In this document: one piece after another, positions 24,450-36,913 of the stretch
Numbering within the stretch: the first letter of the stretch is position 1
Layout of the letters: each line of letters begins with the position of its first letter
Assembly (NCBI RefSeq): GCF_006345805.1
Contig: NC_043025.1
Location: forward strand, 12,090,001-12,154,000
Source of the DNA: Octopus sinensis
Taxonomy: Eukaryota
Reading direction: 5' to 3'
DNA: 64,000 nucleotides
Program-made: the position numbers and the translations under genes
Notes under the pieces: generated by a model
Told to the model about the DNA's origin: nothing
What the model saw: the letters and a program-made list of their open reading frames with translations, nothing else
The model's database searches: none

Positions 24450-25320
24450 GTGCATGCTTTGTATCTGTGTGTGTGTATATATATACTTTTTATTATATCA
24501 TACATATATATATATGTGTGTGTGTGTAGAGGATGAGAGATATATGTGTATACTTTATAGTATATAATATATGTGTGTGTGTAGAGAGAGAGGTGTATGC
24601 TTTGTATACACGATTTATATATACTTTTTATTATAGATGTGTGTGTAGAGGATGAGAGAGATCTGTGTATACAATATATATGTGTATGGTTTATATATCT
24701 ACAAATATATATATATATATGTGTGTGTAGAGAGAGAGAAGGTGTATGCTTTATATTATACAATGTGTGTGCATGCTTTGTATACACGATATATATACTT
24801 TTTATTATATCATAAATATATGTGTGCATGCCCTGTATGTCTATATATTTGTGTGTATAGAGAGAGAGGTGTATGCTTTATATTATACAATGTGGGTGCA
24901 TGCTTTGTATACCCGTCTATATACATGATATATATATATACTTTTTATTATAGATAGATGTGTGTGTGGAGTGAGAGAGAGAGAGATCTGTGTATACTTT
25001 ATAGTATACAATATATATGTGCATGGTCTCTATGTCTATATATATATGTGTGTGTGTAGAGAGAGAAGGTGTATACTTTATATTATACAATGTGTGTGCA
25101 TGCTTTGTATACACGATATATATATACACTTTTTATTATATCATACATAGATGTGTGTGTAGAGGGAGAGAGAGAGATATGTATATACAATATATATGTG
25201 TGTGTAGAGAGAGAGAGGTGTATGCTTTATATTATACAATGTGTGTGCATGCTTTGTATCTCTGTGTGTATATCTATCTATATATATTTCTGTATTGTGT
25301 AGAGAAGAATTTAGTTGATA
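24450..25320. repeat. Composite microsatellite-derived tandem repeat
   Basis: The block TGTGTGTAGAGAGAGAGGTGTATGCTTTATATTATACAATGTGTGTGCATGCTTTGTATACACG..CTTTTTATTATA recurs several times. Confidence 0.8.
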
Positions 25321-26542
25321 GCTAAATCTGTGTGTATATATGGTGCATTGTGTGTATATATATATTTGTGGTAGCTGGATGGATTGCTAGATCGGCAATC
25401 TAAATAAATGCATCTTCGTAGCGAGACAATGTATGTCTTGTAGTGGGCAACATACGGATATGTAGATGTCAGAACATTTGCAGAGCGACAGGCTCTATCT
25501 ATCTTTCTATATGTCTGTCTGTCTATTTATCTTTCCGTCTGTCTGTCTACTCTATATATCTTTCTTTCTGTCCGTTTGTCTCTCTTCCTCCATCTCTATG
25601 TATAGATAATTGGGCAGATCGGTATGTGTGTGTGTATGTATTGTTTTGTCTTATATGTTGGGCTACACACACACACGTTGTAATCCCCTGGGTCATCCGC
25701 GATCTGACGCCCCCACGATCAAACCTATTCCAGCCAAAACCACCCCTTTCTATAAGGGGTACGTTTGATAGACCGCTATATATTATGTGTCAATTAAATA
25801 TCCAACCTAGCAAGTTGGACTAGAGAAACGAGAGGAAGGGTCAATTGATATGTAGAGGGATCTTATATTCATTGTCTGTAGATTGACGGACGTTTGTGTT
25901 TACAAATGAAGAATATAAACATCCAATATATAACGTAGGAGTTTGTATATATATATTTTTTTAATTGAAGTTAAATCTTACATTCACATCGTCTCTCATT
26001 CAAACTATTTATACATACATGTGTGTAGAAATATACGCAGGGGAACAAAGACACGCAACGTTTGTGTATGTGTGTATAATGAACATATAGGCGCAGGAGT
26101 GGCTGTGTAGTCAGTAGCTTGCTTACCAACCACATGGTTCCGGGTTCAGTCCCACTGCGTGGCATCTTGGGTTAGTGTCTTCTGCTATAGCCCCGGGCCG
26201 ACCAAAGCCTTGTGAGTGGATTTGGTAGACGGAAACTGAAAGAAGCCTGTCGTGTGTTTGTCCCCCTAGCATTGCTTGACAACCGATGCTGGTGTGTTTA
26301 CGTCCCCGTCACTTAGCGGTTCGGCAAAAGAGACCGATAGAATAGATTTAAATATCGTAATTTAAAATTTTTTGCTTAAAATCTCAGCAGATACACACCT
26401 GCATTAGACAATTTTGAACCTCATTTTGTGATATGGCAGGGATGCGGAGGCTGGCTAGCCAAGTTGTTAAAGTGTTGGAGCAGAGATTGCTTTGTGGTAA
26501 TCATTCTGGCTCTTTGAGTTCAAATCCTGCAAAGGTCAACTT

Positions 26543-26749
26543 TAACCCTTTAGTGTTCGCATTATTTTGCCAAAATTAATGCTTCTTCATCCACATTGCC
26601 TTGAACTAATCATGCATTAATCTTGCAGTTATGAGATAGCTGTTAATTTTTAAAACGATATTGTAGGGTTGGTGTGAGAGACCAGATCTGGCCAGTTTGA
26701 ACATGGAACAGGCAGAATACTTTTGGCCGGTTTAAATGCTAAAGGGTTA
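26543..26749. mobile_element. TTAA-flanked MITE, second family
   Basis: TTAACCCTTTAGTGTTCGCATT ... TAAATGCTAAAGGGTTAA; partial copies at about 30480-30630 and 11570-11780. Confidence 0.7.
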
Positions 26750-26839
26750 AGGTTGCAAGCTGGCTGAATCATTAGCAGCATTTTGTCCTTATGTTCCGAG
26801 TTCAAATTCTGTGGCGTTTGACTTTGTCTTTCACCCTCA

Positions 26840-27870
26840 ACATCATCGTTTAACGTCTGCTTTCCATGCTAGCATTCGTTGGACGATTTAACTGAGGACT
26901 GACAAGCCAGATGGCTGCACCAGGCTCCAATCTTGATCTGGCAGAGTTTCTACAGCTGGATGCCCTTCCTAACGCCAACCACTCCGAGAGTGTAGTGGGT
27001 GCTTTTACATGCCACAAGGGCCAGTCAGGCGGTACTGGCAATGGCCACCTCGCTTGAATGTTTTTCATGTGCCACCGGTGCTTTTTACATGCTATAGCAT
27101 GGAAGCCGGTCACCTGCTCTGGCAGCGATGACCTTCAGATGGTGGTCTTAGCACTCCACTGGCACGGGTGCTGGTCATCAAATTGGCAAATTTGATTTCA
27201 TTTGCTTCAACAGGTCTTTGCAAGCTGATTTTAGTGTCCGCTGAAGGAAAGGTACGCATTAGTGGGCTGGTTATACCCCAGGCATAGGCCACCAGTTATG
27301 GTCTCACTTGGCTTGCGGGGTCTTCTCACGCACTGCATATTTCCAAAGGCTTTGGTCACTAGTCATTGCCTCAGCGAGGCCTAATGTTCGAAGGTCGTGC
27401 TTCACCACAGGTTCCCTTAACCGCTAGGGTGTGGCACTTTTTCACACAGTTTATCACATCCATTCTTGCCACATGACCATACCAACGCAGTCGTCTCTCT
27501 TGCACACATTTGATGCTTCTTAGGTCCAACTTTTCTCTCAGGGTGCTTACACTCTGTCGAGTATGCACACTGACATTACACATCCATCAGATCATACTGA
27601 CTTCATTTCTTGCGAGCTTATGCATATCTTCAGCCGTCACGGCCCATGTTTCACTGCCATGTAGCATGGCTGTTTGTACACATGCATCATACAGTCTACC
27701 TTTTACTCTGAGTGAGAGGCCCTTTGTCACCAGCAGAGGTAAGAGCTCTCTGAACTTTGCCCAGGCTATTCTTATTCTACCAGTTACACTTTCAGTGCAC
27801 CCACCCCTGTTACTGACTTTGTCACCTAGGTAACGGAAGCTATCAACTACTAGTTTTTCTCCCCGGAATG
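26840..27870 (-). mobile_element. RTE-clade LINE: 3' part of the RT ORF, 3' UTR and (GAT)n tail
   Basis: Minus-strand YLGDKVS..RIRIAWAKFRELLPLL..KGRLYDACVQTAMLHGSETW and QERRLRWYGHVARM; continues into the GTTGGCGTTAGGAAGGGCATCC..GACGTTAAACGATGATG 3' end. Confidence 0.85.
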
Positions 27871-28069
27871 TGACAGAAGTTGTTCTCTACACATTTTCAG
27901 TGATACTTATTGCTCCCGAGCATCTGCCACATACCAAAAATTATCTTCCCAATTAGCTTTAGTAATTAAACACTTGAATCAACGTAATTCACTTACATTG
28001 CTGGCCTTGTGTCAAAATTTTAAGCCAATATAGTAGGGTGCTATTTCTACACAGTGTCACTCTCTTACA

Positions 28070-28435
28070 CACATGCGCAGGAGTGGCTGTGTGGTAAGTA
28101 GCTTGTTTACCAACCACATGGTTCCAGGTTCAGTCCAACTGCGTAGCAACTTGTGCAAGTGTCTTCTACTATAGCCTCGGGCCGACCAAGGCCTCGTGAG
28201 TGAATTTGGTAGACGGAAACTGAAAGAAGCCCGTCGTATATATGTATGTGCCTGTCCCCCTAGCATTGCTTGACAACCGATGCTGGTGTGTTTATGTCCC
28301 CGTTATTTAGCGGTTCAGCAAAATAGACCGATAGAATAAGTACTGGGTTTACAAAGAATAAGTCCCGGGTTCGAGTTGCTCGATTAAAGGCGGTGCTCCA
28401 GCATGGCTGCAGTCAGATGACTGAAACAAGTAGAG
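28070..28435 (+). mobile_element. tRNA-derived SINE family A (head, (TA/TG)n, tail); representative full copy
   Basis: Head GTGGCTGTGTGGTAAGTAGCTTG..GGTTCAGTCC (pol III A/B-box-like); tail ending GGCGGTGCTCCAGCATGGC..GACTGAAACAAGTA. More than 20 copies or halves, e.g. 14940-15510(-), 17055-17640(-), 19725-20060(-), 26090-26345(+), 31960-32500(+), 38910-39290(-), 40257-40612(+), 53672-54035(-), 56690-57255(-), 60940-61345(+), 61875-62685(-), 63765-64000(-). Confidence 0.85.
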
Positions 28436-28959
28436 GGAGTAACTAAACACTTTAAAACATCATATTCTGGTAGAATGTGTTTATAAAACATCTTTTTCTC
28501 TTGGCTTTCTTGAGAAAATTCTGTAGTTTGTAAGATATTTCTTGCATTTCGGCAATTTCAACCAATCAATGACGTCTATTGTCGCCGATTCTTGTTCACT
28601 GTTAGTGCTGTGTGGGAGTGTAACTAACTAAAAGACGTGTTGCAGTGGTTTGTATATATGAATGTGGCCGTCTGGTAAGGAGCTTGCTTCCCAAACAAAT
28701 GGTTCTGGGTTCAGTCCTAATGTGTGGCACCTTGGATAAATGTCCTCTGTTATAGCCTTGGGTCGATCAAAGCCATATATATATACATATGTACGTAGTG
28801 GTTTTACTTTTTGTATTAAATGTTTTAATACTTTTTGATAGTTAAGAAAAAAATTTATAAATATAGATTAATAATTTTTAATTTTGTGTATTATATTATT
28901 TTTATGTTTTTCACTGTTTGATTTGCCTAATAATTTAATTTATACATACATACAACAAC

Positions 28960-30075
28960 TCTGGCTGCCCCATGGAGCTCATCTCTAAATACCTCGACCC
29001 CCTAGTGGCGTCTCTTCCCTTCCACAACACCAACCATGCTCTCCGGCTTCTTTCGAAGGACTGCGGGCACTTCAACACTTTCTCGACCTCCTCCATTCTC
29101 ATTCGTCTGGCCGAACTTGTCCTTTCTCTTAACTGCTTCTCATTCGCGGGTGAGTTCTACCAACAGTTCTCGAGAATGCAAATGGGCCCCAATTATACGA
29201 ACCTGTTTGTTGGCTATGTTGAGGCCCAAATATTCTCTAGTTTCACTGGTCCCACTCCCGAACTATACGGTCGTTACATTGACATTTTAGGTGCCACCTC
29301 ACATCTAGATTCCTTCCTCTCAATCCTGCCCTCCTTGACATTTCTGTCAGCATTCATCACTGCACTCCTCCCACACCAAGATTTCCATCCCCAATTCCTC
29401 CGTCTACGTAGGCTCTGTAGTGACTGAGTCTCAACTCATGGCTTGCCACTTCATCCTACATGGATACCCCTCACTACTATCCACACGGCCCTTGTCAGAG
29501 CACGTTCCGTAGACCGTACATCTGCTCTACAGTCTCTCACTTACCACTCCAATGCACCATTCTTCGAGCTTTCTGGCATCTCCAGTCCGACCCATCCACA
29601 CCTCTTCCCTAACCGAGACCTCTTGGTCCACAGCTCCTTCCCTGGCTCGTTGCCGCACTTGCCCTTACCTCTCACCGGCACGCATCATCATCATCTCCTG
29701 CTCTCTCTGCACATCGGACAAACGGGACGCCACTTTGCTGACCACCTCTGCAACACCTGTCTGTGTTCGAATTGTCTTTGCACAGAGGCCATTTGGGCTC
29801 AACTCTCCACCCCCTACTTCTCTTTCTACCCGAACCCACATGTCATTTCACAAACGCACCTTCGTTCTGGAAGTCACTTGGCCCTACTATCCCTCTGACG
29901 CCATCATGGACCGTTAGCTCCTACACACATTTTTCACTTCTTGTTTCCTTTCTGTCGAAGAGCGTAGGCTCGAAACGTAAATAACTTTCTATTCCTGAGC
30001 GCCATACTAATACATTTGTGTGTTTGTATTCCACCTGCCTTCGTCTTTTGTTTATTTTCGTAAACCTTCCCGTTA
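28960..30075 (+). mobile_element. Penelope-like element remnant (RT fragment plus terminal repeat)
   Basis: ELISKYLDPLVASLPF; LIRLAELVLSLNCFSFAGEFYQQ..MQMGPNYTNLFVGYVE..LYGRYID. Terminal repeat containing CTGTCGAAGAGCGTAGGCTCGAAACGT at about 29950. Confidence 0.75.
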
Positions 30076-31148
30076 TATATGTACATATATACACATACAT
30101 GTCTGTATGTATATATACATATATTTATATCTTCAAATTTTAATACTGTGTAATAATATTTTCCTTATGTAATGATCTAATTATTAGATATTAAGTTTAT
30201 TCATAAGATACTACTTAGCGATAGATTTGTTGTTTAATGTTAGACTTTTGTATATATATGTATTAATTGTAGTTTTAAATTTCTTATAATTAAATTAGAT
30301 ATTTTTCGACTAAAAATTGGTCCAGGCCATGTCTAATTTAATAGCATAACTTAGTTATTCCCATTGATAATTGTATTTATTCAATACTATATTACTACGA
30401 ATTGATTATTTCTATAAGTATTCTACATATGATTTCCGAAAGTTCGTCTAATTGTATTTTGAAATTAGCTATTTCATCTTTAACCCTTTAGTGTTCGCAT
30501 TATTCTACCAAAATTAATGCTTCTTCATCCACATTCTTTTGAATTGATCTTGCAACTATGAGGTAGCTGTTAATTTTTATAAAAGATATTGTAGGGTTGG
30601 TGTGAGAGACCAGATATGGCTGGTTTAAATATGAAAAATTAATTTATTAGGTTTTTATTATATGTGCATATATATTTATTATAGAGATTATTTTAGATCC
30701 TAATTGTAATATTTATATATAATAGTCATTTTTAAATATTTATGTAATTAGATATAGATTAATACCGATATTAGATTATTGGTGGGTTTCCTACCTTATA
30801 AATTAATATATAACATTGTAGTCGATTTTGATATAATTATTAAGTTTTATGTTTCTAGTTTGATATAAGTAAAATTATTCATATCTTAAAAATATTGTTT
30901 AAATATTTCTGATTATTTTTTAGATATTTCAATTAACCATAACTTGAATTTAGATTATTGTACAGCCATGAAACGATCATACTGTTTTACTCTTTATCTT
31001 ATTAAATTTAATACCTTTGATATATATTGGCTTATGTTTTTCACTGTTTGATTTACCTAATAGTGGTTTTTATCTCTAATTTAATATAATATACACATAG
31101 ATAAATGAGAGAATGGAGTCGAACGACGGTCTAACAAAATTCTTTTAT

Positions 31149-31213
31149 TCTCAACATATGTTTCGAAGATTGCATATTCCGAGGGTACATTATGCCGCCT
31201 TCTCATCAGGAAA
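31149..31213 (-). ncRNA. Type I minimal hammerhead ribozyme fold
   Basis: Minus strand reads TTTC-CTGATGA-GAAG..GCATA-loop-TATGC..CTTC-GAA-ACATATGT-T-GAGA. Stem I has 4 bp with one G-U; stem III is palindromic; the triplet is GUU. Confidence 0.6.
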
Positions 31214-32859
31214 GACAAGGAACTTATGTCAGCATCATGACGAACAAAGCCTTTTAGATGACTGCCCACACGGAGTCCATAGTGATAATGAGTGTTTCTT
31301 CAAAATACTCCGTTATAAGCAGTGACATCAAACTTGGTTGGCTGCAGAAGATTCTAAAGAGTTCAGAAATGGTTGGAAGGGGAAAGATCTAAGAATAGGC
31401 GGGGGTGACAGAGTGCAAGTATGGTGATGCGTTGTTGTTTGCATGTATATAAATGCATTCATGTGTGTGTTTGCGATATATAAGCATACAATTTCGTTCC
31501 TAACTTTAGATCTTTTTTATTGTTCTTTGTCTGGAAGTACAATAATATATGGCTGGTAAATAAAATATTTCGGGGAGGGCATAATCAACATTGACTAGTA
31601 CTTACTTTATCTACCCTAGAGGATGAAAGACACAGTATACATCAATGGAATTTAATGCAGAAAGATATTATTACTAAGTACAACAAAGCATTATATCTGG
31701 CACTCTACTGATTCTGCCATATACTAACAAGAATCCATTTTAATTGAAACACAGTTGTTTATAAGCATCTAAAGGACAATTTATTCATGTATAAATGAAG
31801 GAAGAAGTGGAGCAATGCGATTCCAATTCAGAGACCCAAACCATTATGTAAGTCAATTATTCTTGGGTGTGTTTTATAGGAAATAGAAAGATACCAATAT
31901 TCAGTACAAATTATATGAAATTACAAGGCAGAAAGTATTATTAAATATTCCAGATAGTGGCTGTGTGGTAAGTAGCTTGTTTACCAACCACATGGTTCTG
32001 GGTTCAGTCCCACAGCGTGGCACGTTGGGCAAGTGTCTTCTACTATAGCCTTGTGAGTGGATTTGGTAGACGGAAAGTAGCCCGTCGTATATATGTGTTT
32101 GTCCCCGTTACTTAGCGGTTTGGCAAAAGAGACCAATAGAATAAGTACTGGGCTTACAAAAGAATAAGTCGCGGTGCTCCAGCATGGCCGCAGTCAAATG
32201 ACTGAGACAAGTAAAAGAGTATATATGATATTCAGTACAAATTACAAGGAAGAGAGTATCCAACCAGTGGATTTGGTAGACGGAAACTGAAAGAAGCCCA
32301 TCGTATATATATATGCGTGTGTCTGTCCCCCTAGCATTGCTTGACAACCGATGCTGGTGTGTTTACGTCCCCGTTACTTAGCGGTTCGGCAAAATAGAAT
32401 AAGTACTGGGCTTACAAAAGAATAAGTCCCGGGGTCGAGTTACTCGATTAAAGGCTGTGCTCCAGCATGGCCGCAGTCAAATGACTGAAACAAGTAAAAG
32501 AGTATACCAATATATAATATTCAGTACAAATTATTATATGAAATTACAAGGAAGAAAGTATTATTAAATATTCCAGATATACTTATAGGGTTTTAACTTG
32601 CAACTTTGAAAGTATCTAAAGGGAAAAATATTGCTTTGTACACTATGAAATAGTTTGCAATACTTAGGAATAAGTATTAAGAGTCAAACAAATCAAAATT
32701 ATGTTGATTTTTAATGGACAGCTAGTAACATATATAAAAGTAGTAGAGTTGAAGAGAAGATGAATACCACCAATCTATTAGGGCTGGTTTTAACTGACTA
32801 CATGTAGGTCTTTTTGTTGGGGGCAGGTAAAAGAAAATGACTGTCTCAAAGTATAATAA

Positions 32860-33420
32860 CAATAGTAAATTTGTACTCTACGAAAGTAAATAGAAAAGGG
32901 GGTGCAGAGTGGGGGAGGTACGGAGTGATAGTTGGAGGATTGAGCGAACTGGAATGAGAAGGGGAGGTGGTTATGTGAGCGTTCCATTGTTTGTGGGTGT
33001 AGGATGAAAGAAGTATCGGCTACGAATGTGAACACGCGCTTGAATTACGGGACGCTGTTGTCGAAAAGAGGAAATTAAAGAAGTAGAAAAGGGAGGGAGC
33101 ATGGGACAGATAGAGGGGGGTACGGGGGTGATAGTAGAAGGACTACGTAGCTAGAAGGGTGGGAGGGATAAAGACAAGCAGAGAGAGAGGAGGTGGGTAC
33201 GAAGTTAAGCAGACCAGAAAGAGGAGTGGGAAGAATAGATTGATAGATACAGAGGGGGGGGGAGAAGGTGCGGAGTGATAGTTGGAGGATTGAGCGGACT
33301 GGTGGGAGAAGAGGGGGGTGTTATGTGAGCGTTCAAAGAAGTATCGGCTACGAATGTGACCACGCGCTGTTGTCGTCTGCCGAGACGAGGTAATATGGCG
33401 AACGTCTGAGCACAGAAGAC
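32860..33420 (-). mobile_element. Penelope-like element remnant (antisense, internally duplicated)
   Basis: C/T-rich minus-strand sequence with the duplicated block GTAGCCGATACTTCTTT..GAACGCTCACATAAC..CTCAATCCTCCAACTATCACTCCG. A matching terminal repeat lies on the same strand at about 34000-34215. Confidence 0.45.
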
Positions 33421-33999
33421 AAAAGGTTTTGATGGGGGAAAATCACTGACAGGACTGCATGGCTTTCTCTGAAATTCATTGAATGTTGTAGTTCTCGCTT
33501 CAGACTGCTTACATTTGATTTGGTTTGGTGGTTACCTGAAATTATATAAAAGGGAAAAGCAGAATTCTGGTTTAAATAACACCTCATAATATATATATAT
33601 ATATATTTTTTTTTTTTAGAGTTTTTGCGAATTTGTGTTCTACATACGATTATGCATTTAACCTTCACCTCCATAAATTCTAAAGTTTTCACTAGTTTTT
33701 GAATTTAAAAAAATCAGTCCGAATTTTTTTTTTGTGTAAGTTTCAGCACTGGACCACCCTGGGGTGCATTATCATTCCATTAAATGTGTTTATGGGGAGA
33801 AAATATCGAAAAAACATTAATACATAGCAGAGGAAGGTATCAGGTGGTCGTGAGATGTGTCAAAAATAACAGCTAAATAGCCCTTAATCATATGAATTTC
33901 CGTGTGTAGAACATATATTGGCAAAAGTTTTCTGAAGTATAAAAAGTTATGAGAGGTGCAGGAGTGGCTGTCTGGTAAGTATATATATGTGTGTGTGTA

Positions 34000-34215
34000 T
34001 ATATAACGGGAAAGTTTACGAAAATAAACAAAAGGCAGGTGGAGTACAAACAAATGTATTAGTATGGCGCTCAGGAATAGAAAGTCTTTTACTTTTCGAG
34101 CCTACGCTCTTCTACAGGAAGATACACAGAAAAGAAAAATGCGTGTAGGAGCTAACGGTCCATGATGGCGTCAGAGGGATAGTAGGGCCAAGTGACTTCC
34201 AGAACGAAGGTGTGA
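34000..34215 (-). mobile_element. PLE terminal repeat (same family as 18170-18390 and 29860-30075)
   Basis: Reverse complement of GAAGTCACTTGGCCCTACTATCCCTCTGACGCCATCATGGACCGTTAGCTCCTAC..GAAGAGCGTAGGCTCGAA..TTCTATTCCTGAGCGCCATACTAATAC. Confidence 0.7.
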
Positions 34216-36208
34216 ATTGGCAAAAATTTTCTGAAGTTATGAGAGTGGCTGTGTGGTAAGTAGCTTGCTTACCAACCACATGGTTCAGTCCCACTGCGTG
34301 GCACCTTGGGCAAGTGTCTTCTACTATAGGCTTGGGCCGACCAATTCCTTGTGAGTGGATTTGGTAGACGGAAACTGAAAGAAGCCCTTTGTCTGGAATG
34401 AGCAGTTTAGCAAAAGAGACTAATATAATAAATAGATACCCATCATGGTGATGCTCCGGCATGGCCGCAGCCCCGTGATTTGAAACAAGTAAAATAAGAT
34501 TGCTGCAATGGTGTGGCTTTTTGGTAAGAAGCTTGCTACCCAACCACATGGTTCAATCCCCAGTGTTAGAAATTTCGCGGGCTGGCCAAAGCCATGCGAA
34601 TGGATTTGGTAGAGGGAAACTAAAAGAGAGGCTGTATTTTGACAAGAACACCCTAATCGTATGATTTTAGCATCCAGATCTTTCCATGATGCTTGTCTTA
34701 ATCCTTTTGATACCTGTTCGTAAAATAAATTCTCTTTCAAAGTGATCTAAATTAAGGCCTAGGGCTAAACACCTTATATATATCAAGTTGTCTCCCTTGC
34801 TAACTTTTGGTGAATACACAGTTGTTCCCCCTTGCAATCTCTGGATTCAGCTCGTTGTAAACCCGAACTTATGCTCAGGCAATCCAGTTATGACCTTCTC
34901 GTCGTTTTAGATAATAAAGAAATAAAAGTCACAGGACTACACTGGCATGCCTACAAAAATGTTGGCAGAATTCTGGTTTAAACACTCCATATATCCAGTC
35001 ATAACTTTTATATTTTTGGGGGATTTTCAGAAAAGTTTTGCCAATTTGTGTTCTACAGACAGGAATTCGTACGATTATGTAGAAAAAAAAGCATGTAATT
35101 TAAGAGAGATTTAGTAGTTGTTTTCTAGCACATCCCACGACCACCTGATATCTTCCTTGTTTCATTGCCATATAAATAGATTCAACAATTGCAATGAACA
35201 GCTGGATTTTGATTTGCCCAAGCAATTTGGAGTTCCAGACCTTCTTTAGTTTGTGAAAGGCTGTCAATGCTTGTGCCTTCCTACTAGTAGCAAAATAAGT
35301 GAATGAGAACCTAAGTACTTAATTACTCTTTTACTTGTTTCAGTCATTTCACTGTGGTCATGCTGGAGCACCGCCTTTAGTCGAACAAATCGACCCCAGG
35401 ACTTATTCTTTGTAAGCCCAGTACTTATTCTATCGTTTGTCAAGCGATGTTGGGGGACAAACACACACATATATATACATTATAAGTTTCTTTCAGTTTC
35501 CGTCTGACAAGGCTTTGGTCGGCCCGAGGCTATAGTAGAAGACACTTGCTTAAGGTGCTACGCATTGGGGACTGAACCATATTGTTTGTAAGCAAGCTAC
35601 TTTATTACATAAATACCATAAATATTTGCTATGAAGGCATTATAAAGAGGGGACGAACAAGAACAGACAAACATAAAAGGGGTGAAGTAGTGATTAAATA
35701 TTTACAATAATTTAATAAATATGTTTATAGCTTTTGACTTAAGCGTTGCTCATTACAAATGAAATTACTCGCTTCTCCCCCCTCTGCTTAAATTCTGACC
35801 GTCCCTAAATTCCGACTGACCCTTGTACGCTGAAATTTGTAATGGCTTCTCTGAAGAATAGGCATCCGACCACCAGGGTAGACCCCTTGCTTTTTCTTTC
35901 CTGTTTTTGGCTTCCACTAACCTGGTACCAAACACTCCCAGCTTCCATCTTCTCATGAAAGGTACTTTTTCTCCAGCCTGATCTTATTACTGAGGTAGTA
36001 ACTAAAACAAGTTAACCAACCCCTGGCCGGATACAAAGGTACCCCTCATACGTGTCTACACAGTCACTTCTGTGCCTGGCAGAGACGTTGGCATGCTGGG
36101 TGAAGTGCGTAGCCGTATTTTGTCTGCCATTCTGAGTTCAAATTCCGCCGAAGTCAACTTTGCCTTTCAGGGGTCAATAAATTAAGTACTGGTGTCGATA
36201 TAATCGAC

Positions 36209-36642
36209 TTAACCCTTTCATTACCAACCCGGCTCTGACTCTGTAGTACAAATGTCTTGTCACAATTTATGTTCCTAACAGTAGCTGAATGATAACCAAG
36301 TTATTTTACTAAATTCTTTGTTATATTTAAAATTAATTGAAAGAAACACAGAGCATCTCAACAGAAATATGGTAGCGAAAGGGTTAAGATATATATGATA
36401 GAGAAACAATTCTTAACCCTTTTGATACCAACCTGGTTGAAATCACCTCTGGCTCTGTAGTACAAATGTCTTGTATTCATAAGTTTTGAATTAAAATCTT
36501 CCACCAAACCTTAGTCACAATTTATGTTCCTAACACTAGCTTAATGATAACTAAGTTATTTTACTAAGTTCTTTGGTATATTTAAAATTAATTGAAAGAA
36601 ACACAGAGCATCTCAACAGAAATATGGTAACGAAAGGGTTAA
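36209..36642 (-). mobile_element. Tandem pair of TTAA-flanked (piggyBac-like) MITEs
   Basis: TTAACCCTTT...AAAGGGTTAA units joined by the spacer GATATATATGATAGAGAAACAATTC. Same family at 18910-19135 and 44130-44660. Confidence 0.7.
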
Positions 36643-36913
36643 TTTGTTTGTCTGTCCTTGTTTGTTCCCTCTGTGTTTAGCCCCTTGTGGGTAGTAAAGG
36701 AATATATATTACTAACCTTTTCTTTTAAATTCCACCTTGTCAACCGAGATTTGATTTTGTTTTCATCTCTTTGCAGGTTTTTACCAACTTCTTTCTCTCT
36801 TCCTTGGTATGGAGTCTGTGGAAAAAAGAAACAGCCGTGTAATGTTTGAAGAAATCTGAAACAAAGAAAGAAAAGAAGAACAACAGCAACAATAATAATA
36901 ATAAAAGTGAGCT

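Noticed and set aside
28070-28150. tRNA genes at the SINE heads
   Set aside because: They have A/B-box-like motifs but no complete cloverleaf, and they continue into SINE bodies.
30100-30960. Very AT-rich stretch considered as a mitochondrial insertion
   Set aside because: No recognisable mitochondrial gene, tRNA or rRNA motif; it contains a MITE fragment.
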